Source: Felis catus (lineage: Eukaryota). From it: 64,000 nucleotides of DNA. Shown one piece after another: positions 1 to 12,262 of this stretch (positions are counted from its first letter, which is position 1; each line of letters begins with the position of its first letter). The notes under the pieces are model-generated. The model searched no databases and was not told the origin of the DNA. It saw only the letters and a list, made by a program, of their open reading frames with translations. The stretch covers positions 112,780,001 to 112,844,000 of the forward strand of contig NC_058373.1 of assembly GCF_018350175.1 (NCBI RefSeq), read 5' to 3'. Made by a program: the position numbers and the translations under genes.

Positions 1-2351
1 ATATTTCTTTTTGTTTCTTACATGGGCTATTAAATGGGCAATTGGTTAATTTCATTACCAATTTTATATAATTGTTCTCAAAAAAGAAAAACTTCTTTTA
101 TATATGATTTGCCAAAGAGCAGCAGATGGATGTAGGAGAGATTTCTTAGAGCAACAAAATCCTAGAGATAAAAGGAAGCTTGGAAATTGTCTATTTCAAA
201 ATTTTTTAACCTTTTCTCTCCTATGGAGCCATTTGGAAATCTGGTAAAGCCTACAGACTTCTTTTCAGAAAGTACTTTTAAATATATAAAATAAAATATG
301 TACAATTACAAAGACTAACGAAATTAAAATCATAGAAATATCTATAAAAACAAATTGTGTAATACTGCCTCTTTCAAAATGCACTAAATAACAAAATCTA
401 GCAGCAAGTCATTACACTACTATAATTTGAAATCTTGGTCAATATGAACAATATTTTAAGGCATCCATAATAATTTGAAGTAATAGATCCTGCTAATATT
501 ACTGTGGTTTGTCTCCTAAGCTCATAATGAAAGAAATTAATAAAATTTAATTAGGTTGGTGAATATAAAAATTTTAATTTTTTTCTCCATCCCAGTAAAT
601 GAACTCCTTACTTTTATCCACAGGTTCTCTCAAGGGCTCCTATCATCCTCAGTTGAAACCCCTGGAAACATTCTCATTTTGCAGATGAGGGAACTAAGTC
701 CCATAGAATTAAGATAGCTTGAGTAAAATCATACAGCACAGCATTAGATTAATCCTTGCAAAGGTAACTTCAGACTTTAACTCAGCCTTTTTCTGAAATT
801 TTAGTCTAGAAATTGGCAATTATAGTCTGTCATTTGTCACTGACTCATGGCATGATATGGAGCAAATTCTTTATTGTCATTGTATCTCAGATTCTACCTA
901 AGTAAATGTAAGTGACTTGAAATCTACATAAGGATAATAATGATGACTTAGACTTGTATTGTTCTTTTTCATTTATAATAGTTTTCACTTTCACAAACAA
1001 TATCCTACTTAATTTTCCCCATTTTATGGATAAGAAAATTAAAACTCCAAGATGTTAAATGTCATGTCTGAGGTCACACAGCTAAGAATAGAAAAAACCA
1101 ACATCAGAAACCATACCACTAGACTCCAGAGTATCATGCTGCCTTTCATGTCATAAAGCAAAACTCTGAGTTCCTCAGTTGAATATGTGTTGTGGTAATA
1201 TAAATCTAATTAAATACAAATGAATTGTCATTAGGTTCAGATAAGCCAAATACTTGTACCCTAATTTATCCAGATAAAGTGATGAATGAATGGAACTATG
1301 GAAAGAGCTTTTCTAAACCAATTCTCCATTTTTGATATAAGAATTGAGATGGTAAAGAAATAGAATTTTAAAAGTCTGAGATTGTAGAGTTGTTGGCTTA
1401 ATGTTGTTTAAATCAAACCTTTCTTTCCTTCTGTTTCTGGGTAGGCTGAAGAGGCAAGTAATCTAAGTACATGCCAATGAGGTCCTTTTTTCTGTCCTCT
1501 TAAGTTTTATTTTTATGAGTAAATGGTATTCAAAGAAGTTTGTTCTTTCAGAGGCAAACTGCTCTTAAATAAGTTAAGTAGGGTAGAAAAGTCAAAGTCA
1601 AAGAGCCAAACTACATCAAACATCTCTTTTATCGCTGTCATTCTAGTGACCTCACCATATAGAATGCCCAAATAGAATGCCCTTTTCTCTTAGAAAATAA
1701 GGAGTCTGCTTAACCTGACCTAAAATTTTTGGTGTAGAATAACCGTTATTGGACTCCAAATGTCACTGTTTGATTAACCTTAAATAATATTAATAATGTG
1801 TTTTCCAAATTCTGAAGATCATTCTGTAGGGAACTCAGATATGTCTTAGCTATAATCCACATGCTTTTCTATATTACATTTCTTAATATGAGCCCACCCA
1901 GCTAAGTAAAAATCATTCTTAAGATAGTACAGGAGTGACTGTGATCATACTTGTACTATAAAAAATAAATTTTAATGTGCTGAATTTGAAAAAAAAAACT
2001 ATGATTACTACAAAATAAACATTAAGAATTAGCAAATGTTTACTCTGTACAGAGCACTATATTTGACATAGTAGGAAATATGAAGAGAATTAAAGCCATA
2101 TCCTTTCCCTCCAAGAACCTGTAGTACATTTGGGGACCCACATCAATAATTGGAATATAAATAACTATGGTAACTCATAATATAAGTTCAGATAAGAGGC
2201 TTTAAGAATTTAGGTAAACCTAAAACTAGAATCTGGTGATTGATGGTTGTGCAACCGTGGGGATTTATTACAGTTCATCAAACTATATACATAAGATGGG
2301 TGAATTTTATGGTAGGTAAATTGTATTTCAGTAAAGAAATTAAAAGAGTTT

Positions 2352-2462
2352 AGGGTGGGACACTTAGCTGGCTCAATAGGTAGAGCATATGACTCTTGAT
2401 CTCTGGGTCTTGAGCTCAAACCCCACATTGGATGTGGAGCCTACTTAAAAATAAATAAGTAA
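2352..2462 (+). mobile_element. Short old carnivore SINE
   Basis: tRNA-like head GGCTCAATAGGTAGAGCAT..GACTCTTGATCTC and A-rich tail. Confidence 0.8.
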
Positions 2463-5400
2463 AAGTTTGAAAAGAAAGAACTTAGGGAAAGAAGAAATAA
2501 CTTCTGATTAAGGAACTTTTGGAATGGTTTTTGCAGCTGGCACATTTTAAGCTAGATCTTAAAGGACAAGTAGTATTTGGATCAGAAAATAAGCAAAAGG
2601 TATTCCAGACAGAATAAATAGCTCATTTAGTCTAAAAGCTCAAGAGTACAAGAAATATTCTAGAGGAGCTAGTTCAGACTTTCCTGCAAGCCTTAGATTT
2701 TATATATTCTTTATAAAAGTTTTATATATAACTTATATATATAAAACTTGCTTTCCTACCAATATGTATGGCCATATGGCTATGACATTTCCAAAGTTTT
2801 GGTCAATCTCTCTTGGAAAGCGTATAACTGTACATGGGTTTTATTTCTTTTGGGGGTTCAGAAAGAAGACTTTGCCTCCATTTTAGCTAATGATCAAGTT
2901 ACAATGAGGAGGATATAATTATTTTACAACTGTCAGTTCCTCCACTGATTATAACATCATAACTGACATTTGTTTCTATCTTTATAGCTTAAAATCCTTG
3001 ATACATGTCTTATTTCCTTTGAGCCCTTTAACAATCTTTATTTCCCCTGTAAGGAAATGGAGATTCAAGGAGGGCCTAGAGCCTAAAATAATAAAGACAT
3101 GCTAAAGGGAAGGTCAGGATATTCTGGCTTGCTAAGAATAGATGAGGGAGAGGAAATGGTAATATAAGTAAATAATCTTTGCATTATTAAAAATCTAACT
3201 AAATTTCATGTCACATATGAATAAAAAAATAGATGAAGTTAACTACTATTATCAATAATAGGAAAGCAAAGTTGAAGTTTTTTCTAAGGAGCTGATATAC
3301 CCTATTGACAGGAACAACCCATGTTAAAATAAGTTTTGACAGTAGAGAAGAGTACATAGGAAATTTAGTAACCATTTCTAAATAAGTAGTCTTTGTTGTG
3401 GTTTGTCTTTTAAAATGTAAGATTAAAATTTAAATTATCTTCCTACACCATTGCCATAGAATTTCTCAAATTATATAAGTAAGCAGATATACAGAAGCTT
3501 AATTTCTAATTTAAAATGTGACTGCTGACCAGTAAAATGATGCTAAAAATAGAAAGATAGGGCTTTCTTAATGTCCATCAAAGACAACTTCTTTAGTTCT
3601 CGACTTTGACCCCATATGACCAACCGCTCAGAATTTTTCAGTATGAAACATATTGTATAGATTTATTCCTAATATTTGCAAGGAGAAAGAATACATATTA
3701 GCCTGGTGAGCAGCAAAATTGAGGCAGTTTTTATGTAACCTGAGTTGTGCTAACCTGCAATCAAATGTAATCTCCATTTTAATATTTATACATCTTTATA
3801 TTGTTATGAATCTATTCTTAACATGGGCTTTATTTTATTTGTTTCTCTCCTCCCTCACTTCTGTGAAATGCAGAAGGGAAAGGATGTTTGTTATTCACAC
3901 ATTGTACCCCACTAACTGGTGTTACACATCTGGCTTCCACTGGAGAGCCCCTGACATCGCAGGGAACGGTGATCAAAATTCCACACACTAGCTTCAAGCT
4001 GGGGGCTCATAGCTACTGCAGCATTGAAGGGGGTCTTTTCCTGGCTTCTTTAAAATAAGCATGGTGATGGGATGGTTTAAGGGAAGAACACCTCTCAAAT
4101 CACATGACCACTGCTGTGCTTCCGTGTGTCCTGCTTTCTTCATAACAGCTTGGCACTACATTTTTTCCCTGTATCTTAATGGTTTTGTGTGTGTACGAGT
4201 GGGATGGGGTGGGGAGACTTGTCAGTGGATGGTTATACATTATGCATGCATCTTTCAGTGTTAGAGTGATGTGCCTTCCCTTATGTGTCAAAGATTATAG
4301 TCTCACAGATTAAATATTCTGTGTTCCTGAGAGATTGGACTGTCTCTCTTATTGGTGTGAGATTCATGTGTTTTGATGTTTACCCCCTCAATTGTTCTTC
4401 ATGCTGCATTAAACATAAGTTGAAATGTTCTCCCATAAGAGTTAGCTTTTCATGTTGGGCTGAAAAAGTCTTCATTTCTGTGTAGCAATTCATGTTATTA
4501 TAACCTATGGCTTTCAATTGTACCTCCCATAATGAAGAGCTGACTTTAAACACTGTGCTATTCTTGTTATGACCTAAGCATAAGGTAAGTCACTTCTCTA
4601 ACTGTATTTAAAGATTGTGGTTGTTTGTTAAAATTTTCTCAGCTTTGTTTAAAGCATTTTCACTTTTTTTCTTTACCATTATTACATGCTCTCCCCCCTT
4701 TTGTTTTCTGTTTCATGGCTTAAGATTTCTTACTGTACAATGTGATCCTCAGCAAAAATTATATTATACATGTAAACTCATGTTGAAATGAATTAAATGA
4801 ATTATTTGATGTCTGAAAGCAGTCTTGATTAGTAAATGAATACCTATGTTTTCAGTAAGTCTTTTGTGTTTTTCTTTTCCTCCATTGACTGTAATATAAT
4901 AAATGCTGTTTCTAGACATTATTTTAGTTTAATTCCAGTTCAAAGGGGGTTAATTTTCAACACCATAAAGTTAGATGTTAATTGTAATAAAATAACATAA
5001 TCCAATAAAATAAAGTAATAGATAATCAAACACCATACCTTTCATTTTTAATCCCCAATAAATTTGGTATTAGGTCAAAATGTCAATTTTATTTTGTTTT
5101 TCAGACTTCCCTTTGTTTTTTGTTTTTTGTTTTTCCATTGACTAAAAAGCCAGTGTAAGATTTAAAAAAAAAAAAGTGAACTGTAAAACTTGGGACAAAC
5201 CTGTGCTACCTTCTTTCTAATCCATATATATGAGAATAAGAACAGTAATTGTTTCTTGATTTTATTTTTTCAAGTAAATCCCATTACACTGTGAGTTAGG
5301 TAAAAATCTTCATATTGGGATTTTATAAAATTAGGTAAATATTGTAAAGGTGACCAGTTTCATGGTATAAGAGAGAGGGGCATCACTTTTGCATATATAT

Positions 5401-5923
5401 TTTTAATATCTTAAAATTATTTTTCTCATTTTTTAATATATACTCAAGATCACCAAAGTAAAGAAGATCATGTAATCATTGATTTTAAGTGATTTTCCTC
5501 AAATCTAGGTCAAATAGCCAGTGTAATGTAAATGAGAAAACATTGGTTACACTGCTGTTGGCAATTTGTGAACCAAAATGAATACTCACATTCCAGAAAC
5601 TGAATTATTTTTTATCACCCAAATTTCTGCAAAATATACAGTTACGAACTCAGGTGCCACAAAACAAGATTTTGGGTTTCATTATTAAATTCATGCTATG
5701 AACATTTTTTTAAATTTTTTAGCCACCTAAAGTAGGAAGAGGGTTTTTTGTTGTTGTTGCTGTTTTGGTTTGGTTCAGCTTTTTGGTAAAGCTAGCTAGT
5801 TTTTCACCACCATTTCCATTTAGACATTATCTAAATCTGTTGAAACATTTGACGAGACAATTTGAACTACTCATCTGAAATGCTCTGTTCATTATAAATC
5901 TCTTGTTTCTATCCACACACTAG

Positions 5924-5986
5924 CTCCACTCTAAATTGGAAGGGCTTAAAGATGAACTCTGGAGGAATAGAGGCTACGACTTAAGA
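5924..5986 (+). CDS. GPHN: GPHN alternative C4-cluster cassette exon (21 aa, LHSKLEGLKDELWRNRGYDLR; probably the C4d cassette), phase 0-0
   Basis: tcttgtttctatccacacactag|CTC...AGA|gtaact; 63 nt, open in frame; peptide matches the recalled mammalian gephyrin C4 cassette (sub-letter from memory). Confidence 0.88.
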
Positions 5987-6748
5987 GTAACTATTACTGA
6001 TCAAAGGAGCTGCTTTCCATTCGCAAACATTGCTTTGCGCTATGGGTTTGGGCTCCTTCTGTTTCTACATCTTGTTGAAGACTTTCTTGACTTCCATTTG
6101 ACTTCCTTGAACTCTGTTTTTGTCTTTCAGCATTATCCCTTTTTTTTTCCTTCTCTCTCCCAGATTTTTCTCTCACTCTGTTAGCTTTCTCTTGTGTTCC
6201 CTGAACTGCTTTTAAAAATGTAGTTTAACTCTTTATTAAGCTTGTCTATTAATTTGTCTATTAGTGTTTGTTTCTTTTCTCCTTTAAGGCTGTAGTGGTA
6301 TACTTACACCTATTTTCATTCCATGGTGTAGAAACTTGCTTGTTTATTTTGCAGCAAGTTCATTAGAGATTCTTACTCTCTTAGTATGAATTTTCAATAA
6401 GAAATAGCAGAACATTTTGCATTCACATATTGGCTCCTTCTATAAACCCATACTTTCTTTTCTCTTGTCTAGACTTATTTCCCCAGACCTCTCTTTCTTC
6501 TTTTTCTTTTTCTCACTCTCATGTCTTTCTCCCTGTATTTTTGTTTTAAGTAGTCATTAATTATTTTCCTTTCCCATTTGGTCCATAATTGTTTTTCAAT
6601 AGAACTTCTGAGTAAAAGAATGTAAGAATATTATCTCCCAGATTAGCTTCTTCATTCTAGTGTAGCTTATAACTAACTAAACAATCTGGGCCAAAAGGGA
6701 ATAACTTTAACATCTGGAATTATTTTTCCCTTTTTTCCCCTTTTTTTG

Positions 6749-6770
6749 GTGTGTGTGTGTGTGTGTGTGT
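6749..6770 (+). repeat. (GT)11 microsatellite
   Basis: Read directly. Confidence 0.95.
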
Positions 6771-7746
6771 TTTTCTTGTGTGTATGTTTGTGATTTTTTT
6801 TGTTGTTGTTTCTTTAAACATTAACAATTGTTCTTTTCAGGGAAGGACAACCATAACCCACCCTAAGTTGCAACATTTCTTTCATAAGTTGTTTCATTAC
6901 AATAGTAGATTGTGTTAAGCAATAGAAATTAATTTGTTGTATATATTTACATTTGGGGCAAGCTGCTGGGGAGTGGGAAAAAAGAGGTGTGCAGTTTAAA
7001 TACAGTTTCCTCAGATATTAACAAACATGTATGCCATCCAATGTGGCTTTTGAATTCAACACTTTTGTAACATTTAAAAGAATGTTCTGCTTGGACATCA
7101 ACTTTTTGCATCAAAGCATAAGGGTTTCTGATTGATAAACTTTATTCACACCTAAGAACTGGTAAATAAATGAGTTCAGTTTTATTGATTCCCAACAAAG
7201 GCATCTTTCATAGCCAATATTATAACCAATTATTATAATCAGTAAGTAACAAAAGTCATTGGAATCACACATTAATATTATATATGAGGATTTTTCTGTT
7301 TTCCCCTTATCAATGTGTACAACTAAAATTACTACAATGGAATATTTTATTACAACTTTATTACCTGGATTGCATTATTAGTCTAGTCAAGAGTTATCAC
7401 AGTGCCTTAAGATTAGGGGTCTGTATTCACACCTGAATATGTTGTAACATTTTTTTCCATATACTAATTTCAGTACACATCAATAAAAAATTGCCTTTGG
7501 TTTTGCCTCTGTGCCATTTATAATGTTGTACCCCCAGTTTTTTTCAGAAGTCTGCTCTTTCTTTACAGTAAGAAAAAGACAAAAAATAGGAAACAAATGT
7601 AATATATTTTTACTACTATGTTTTGATATCTGAGATATAGTGAGCCTTTGCTCCTAAACCTCAGGAGCTTGCCCATTAAGTATGCATACATATCTGGCTA
7701 TCTGTGTTTTGAGCCCTAAATTACTGAGTTTATGCTCTCTTTGCAG

Positions 7747-7789
7747 GTCCAGTCCAGGTGCAGCAGCAAGGAGAACATTCTCAGAGCCA
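7747..7789 (+). CDS. GPHN: GPHN linker exon VQSRCSSKENILRA(S), 43 nt, phase 0-1
   Basis: ctctctttgcag|GTC...GCCA|gtaagt; exact gephyrin peptide; final A joins GT of the next exon to make Ser. Confidence 0.97.
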
Positions 7790-9495
7790 GTAAGTATGCC
7801 ATCATTTCAGATGGACTATAAGACTGTGGTTCAACAGGAAGGAGAGCTTAAAAATATTTTGGTGAAAGAATGAAAAAGAGCATTTTGGGTCAGTTTATAT
7901 AAATGTTAGGGTTTTTACCTCTTAAGAATATTATCAATATGTTAATGAATATTGCCTTCATTCCAGTTATTTCTGGAAGCCTACACCAGAATTTTGATAG
8001 CACTTATAACTAAGATTGTAATGAGTTCCTCAATGACTCTGTGATTAGAACCCTCTTTAACTGCCCCACTGCCAAAAATCATTTGAAAATAGACTAACTG
8101 AAAATAATAATATAAATCCACTATAAGCATCTAACTTAAAAAAAAAAAACAAGTGACTCTTAAGAGGAGTTGTAATCATCTTGTAAATACAAATTCATTC
8201 CCGAAATATCCTGTTTTCACAAACAGCATGTTTTCAAACATAGTGCCATGAAACAAGGATGAAGAAACCTTAATTTTATTTTTTTTGTTTGATCGCTAAT
8301 AACATTAACTTGGAAGTCCTTTAACTTTGTGTATTATTCATGTTTCTATCTTATAAAAAGGAACTGTAAATAGCTTTTCCTTACCTGTATCCTTGAAATG
8401 ATATAACATGGGAGGTTGTGCCTTAAAAGTTTGGGGATCCTAAGAGAAAAGTACTATATAAATGCTAATAATTTAATATTGTTCTCTGTCACTTAAAATT
8501 AATGACATCATCCTATCTTCTCCCTGATCTTTATCAAGAAATGAAGTTCAGGTGGGCCATACGTAACTAAATGGGTCTCTTGCATACCTACACCACTGGG
8601 AATTTTAGTAAACAGGATGATTTTCCAGTAGAATATCTGTATTTTTTTTTAACTGTTACAAAAGTAATTGGAGAACTTCAAATAGATACAAATGCATGTT
8701 TTGTTTTATTTTCTTTAGTGTAAATTTTTCCCATTTCTGTGTTGTGAATCTGTTATGTTAGCTTGAAACCCTTGAGTTGGTAAGCAAGCACACTGCAATT
8801 ACTTGCCCAGGACTTTTATATTAAAGTTGTATAAAAATAAATTGAAGCAAACAGATTTTACTGGTATACCACTGTAAGTTTCCACAACATTTGACAGACA
8901 AGTGACTCGAGGGAGGCTCTTCAATATAAGAAATGTAACATTCTGTAATCCCTTGCTAAGACCTAAGGTTGAGAGAAATCTGAGTCAGGGGAGTGATGGT
9001 ATAATGTTCACTAAAATAAAACTGTGCAGATAAATGAGCTTTTAAATGACATTTAGATGATTACTGTATGATTTCTATTTATTGTTGATCCCAAGATGAT
9101 GATGGATCATTGATAGTGATTATGATGGTTAGGAACAAATATAATTTCTTACTGACAACAGATTTCTTTGAATCTTCTTACACCTTTATCATGGATTTTT
9201 GTGTTGTTAGAATGTCTTTCATTTCAGTTATGTTCTTACTGGCTTATAGACTATTAATCACTTTGGATGGACGTCACAGTGGTCCAGGTTTTCCTGATCA
9301 TGTTTTCTTAGGATGTCATAGTCATGTACATGGTCCATATAGCCATTTAGATCCATATAGAGAGCCCATCCAACATTGTAACCTATCTATAAGTTTAAGG
9401 TCTTTCCTTTCAACACCACTTTGGTAACTCGTAGGCACGCTCATAGCCACACCCAAGGCTCTTTCATCACCATGAGCTGTTCTACCTCTGAACTT

Positions 9496-9724
9496 TTTTT
9501 TTTAATTTTTTTAAATTTTTTAACGTTTATTCATTTTTTGATAGAGAAAGACAGAGTGTGAGTGGGGGAGGGGCAGAGAGAGAGGAAGACACAAAATCCA
9601 AAGCAGGCTCCAGGCTCTGAACTGACAGCACAGAGCCCGACACAGCACTCAAACCCACGGACCATGAGATCATGACCTGAGCTGAAGTTGGACACTTAAC
9701 CGACTGAGCCACCCAGGCACCCCC
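9496..9724 (-). mobile_element. Feline CanSINE with TSD TCTACCTCTGAACTT
   Basis: TSD at 9481-9495 and 9725-9739. Confidence 0.95.
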
Positions 9725-9879
9725 TCTACCTCTGAACTTCTTAACTTCAATATCTAATTGCTTATTTAATCTGCTTTAATCACCCTTAGTTTCATCCTTT
9801 GCCTTGTACTACTATATTGCAGTCATAGAGACCTAATTAGCAGTTCCTCATTCTCCCACTGCTGTGTTCTGCCTCTATT

Positions 9880-10521
9880 CTTTTAGGAGTGGAGCTTGGT
9901 GCCTGGCTCTGAGGCACATGGAAGCATGCTAGCTCCCCAGGTGTGGAAGCTCTCTGTAAAAGAAGGACCCAGAAGCTCTTCTTCTTGGGTTTTTATGACG
10001 ACTTCATTACATAGTCATGATTGACCAATTCATTGGCCACTGGCTGATTCAACCTCAGAGGCTGGGGAAGTAGGACTGAAAGTTCCAACCCTTTTTTTTT
10101 TAATGTTTATTTATTTATTTTGGGAGACAGAGCAGGGAAGGGCAGAGAGAGAGGAGAGAGAGAATTTCAGGCAGGCTCTGCACTGTCAGCACAGATCCTT
10201 ATACAGGGCCCAAAATCACGAACCATGAAATCATGACCTGAGCCAAAATCAAGAGTCAAATGCTCAACCAAATAAGCCACCCAGGTGCCACTGAAAGTTC
10301 CAGCCCTTTAATCACATGAAAAATCACTTGGTCCTCCTGGAAACGAGCCCCTGCCTTAGGATGGGGTCTAAAAGTCACCATGATTAATAATAAGATACTC
10401 ATTTCATCCTAAGGCTCTGAGGTATTCTCAAGAACTGTGGATGAAGACCAAATATATCTGAGGAATATATTTTGGTCTTCTGAATGAACAAATATATATT
10501 TCTTATAAATTTTATATCACA
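9880..10521 (-). mobile_element. MER21-like LTR fragment, interrupted by a SINE
   Basis: Minus strand begins TGTGATAT..TTTATAAGAAATATATATTTG; internal GCTGAAAGTTCCAACCC-like and GGGTTTTTATG..CTTCATTACATAG motifs typical of MER21. Confidence 0.7.
10092..10289 (-). mobile_element. CanSINE inside the MER21-like LTR
   Basis: Flanked by CTGAAAGTTCCA(A/G)CCCTTT duplication. Confidence 0.93.
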
Positions 10522-10524
10522 TAC

Positions 10525-11010
10525 GATACGGGAGAATACCACTTCAACAAAATCATAGTCTCAACTAATACTTTCTCAGAAAGGGAAGGACAAACTCAGG
10601 ATACCTAGGAGATTTTTTTATTTAAAGCAGATCTTTTAATGTAGAGCTTGATTAAAATTAAATAAGGATTGTTATATAATCATCTCAGAATCATGGACAT
10701 AGCAAGGCAAGGGATTCTGAGAGTCTTGGTATGTAAATTGTCTTTTGATAATTTCTATTTTTTAAAGTTTATTTATTTATTTTGAGAGAGAGAGATAGAA
10801 CAAGTGGGGGAAGAACAGAGAGGGAGAGAGAGAGAATCTCAAGCAGACTATTTAAGAAGTTCTAGAATGAGTAATGAAGTTACTTACAACTTCTGTCTTT
10901 TAGGGGAGATTTTTCTGGAATAGTGAAGTTATGTTAATAAACACAATGGAATAGTAATGTTATGCTAATAAAGACAGAAAGTTGTGTACTTATAGATGAT
11001 TTCAGGTATC
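10525..11010 (-). mobile_element. 3' LTR of the ERV (contains a truncated SINE at ~10757-10850)
   Basis: Shares GGACATAGCAAGGCAAGG with ~20982-20999, and AAGAAGTT(C)CTAGAATGA plus GAATAGTAA..(C/T)ATG with ~24120-24230. Confidence 0.7.
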
Positions 11011-11486
11011 AAGGTTATCCTTGTGGTCAGTCTTCAGCCTGATGTCTGAGAGTGTCATCAGTCAGTCAATCCAGACCTTTACTAAGAAATCACAATAGTA
11101 GTCAACTGTCTAGAGAAGTTGTCTCAATCTTCATAGGTGTCAAGTTCTCTTGTGTTGACAGTTGTTGTTATTGGATGATCATTTATTGAGCCATCTGATG
11201 AGACAGCAATTGTATAGCAGCACTTAGGACTGGGGAGATCACATATCTGAACCCAGCTACACAAATGTGAGACTTAAGATCAGAGTTTGTAGTCCTTTTT
11301 CTCAGCCAGGAGATAAAAAATTAAGCCACAACAACTATATACCCAACAAAGTAGATAACCTAAAATATATGAAAAAATTATTAGAAACAACCAGCCTTTG
11401 AATCATAAAATAGAAAATCTGAACAGACTGATTGCCAGTGAGGAGATTGAATCAGTAATCAAAAATCTCCCAATAAAGAAAAACCA

Positions 11487-11657
11487 GGGGCACCTGGATG
11501 GCTTAGTCAGTTAAGCATCCGATTTTGGCTCAGGTCATGATCTCCAGTTTATGGGTTTGAGCCCCGTGTCGGGCTCTGTGCTGACAGCTCAGAGCCTGGA
11601 GCCTGCTTCAGATTCTGTGTCTCCCTCTCTCTCTGCCCTTCCCCAGCTTGGAGACTG

Positions 11658-11711
<54 letters not shown>

Positions 11712-11748
11712 AATAAATAAAAACTAAAAAAAATTAATAAAAAAAAAA
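11487..11748 (+). mobile_element. CanSINE with long (CT)n, inside L1
   Basis: GGGGCACCTGGATGGCTTAGTC head, (CT)n, A tail. Confidence 0.93.
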
Positions 11749-12026
11749 GGAATAACCGGGACCGGATGGCTTCCCTGGTGAATTTTACCAAACCTTTAAA
11801 GTAGAATTAACGCCAATCCTTCTCAAACTCTTACAAAAAATTTTAGAAAAGGGAACACTCCCAAACTCATTTTATAAGGCCAGCATCACTCTAATACCAA
11901 AGCCAGGCAAAGACAACACAACAAAAGAAAACTACAAGCCAATAGTCTTGATGAATATAGATTTAGAAATTCTCAATAAAATACTAACAAACTGAATTCA
12001 GCAGCACATTAAAAGAATCATTCACA

Positions 12027-12203
12027 GGACTCCTGGGTGGCTGTCAGTTGAGCATCTTGGTTTCAGCTTGGGTCATGGTTTTATGGTTTGTGAGTTACAG
12101 CCCCAAGTCGGGCTCTGCTCTGGCAGTGTGGAACCTGCAGACTCTCTCTCCTTCTCTCTCTCCCCTTCCCCTACCTGCACTATCCTTCCCTCCCTCCCTC
12201 CCT

Positions 12204-12242
<39 letters not shown>

Positions 12243-12262
12243 AATAAATTTAAAAAAAAAAA
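12027..12262 (+). mobile_element. CanSINE inside L1
   Basis: Head, (CT)n, A tail; flanked by AATCATTCAC. Confidence 0.9.

Noticed and set aside
1659..1683. ATAGAATGCCC direct repeat
   Set aside because: Tiny local tandem duplication with no supporting context
2352..2430. tRNA gene
   Set aside because: tRNA-like A/B boxes belong to a CanSINE head, as for all such motifs in the window
3719..3991. 90-aa ORF with hydrophobic stretch ending ...APDIAGNGDQNSTH
   Set aside because: TTG start, runs through a polypyrimidine tract, and is out of phase with the phase-0 GPHN frame at the 3874 acceptor; only the splice-site hypothesis was kept
4198..4216. G-quadruplex GGGATGGGGTGGGG
   Set aside because: Only three G-runs of three or more
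1..5900. Other known gephyrin cassettes (QIRRPDESKG..., ARLPSCSSTYSVSE)
   Set aside because: Not found by eye in this window; presumably upstream
5936..6184. 82-aa standalone ORF
   Set aside because: Only the first 17 codons belong to the C4 cassette; the rest is intron read-through past the donor at 5987
9926..9939. ATGCTAGCTCCCCA also found at ~20803-20816, suggesting the 3' LTR extends to here
   Set aside because: The surrounding sequence fits the MER21-like element; a short match alone cannot fix the LTR boundary
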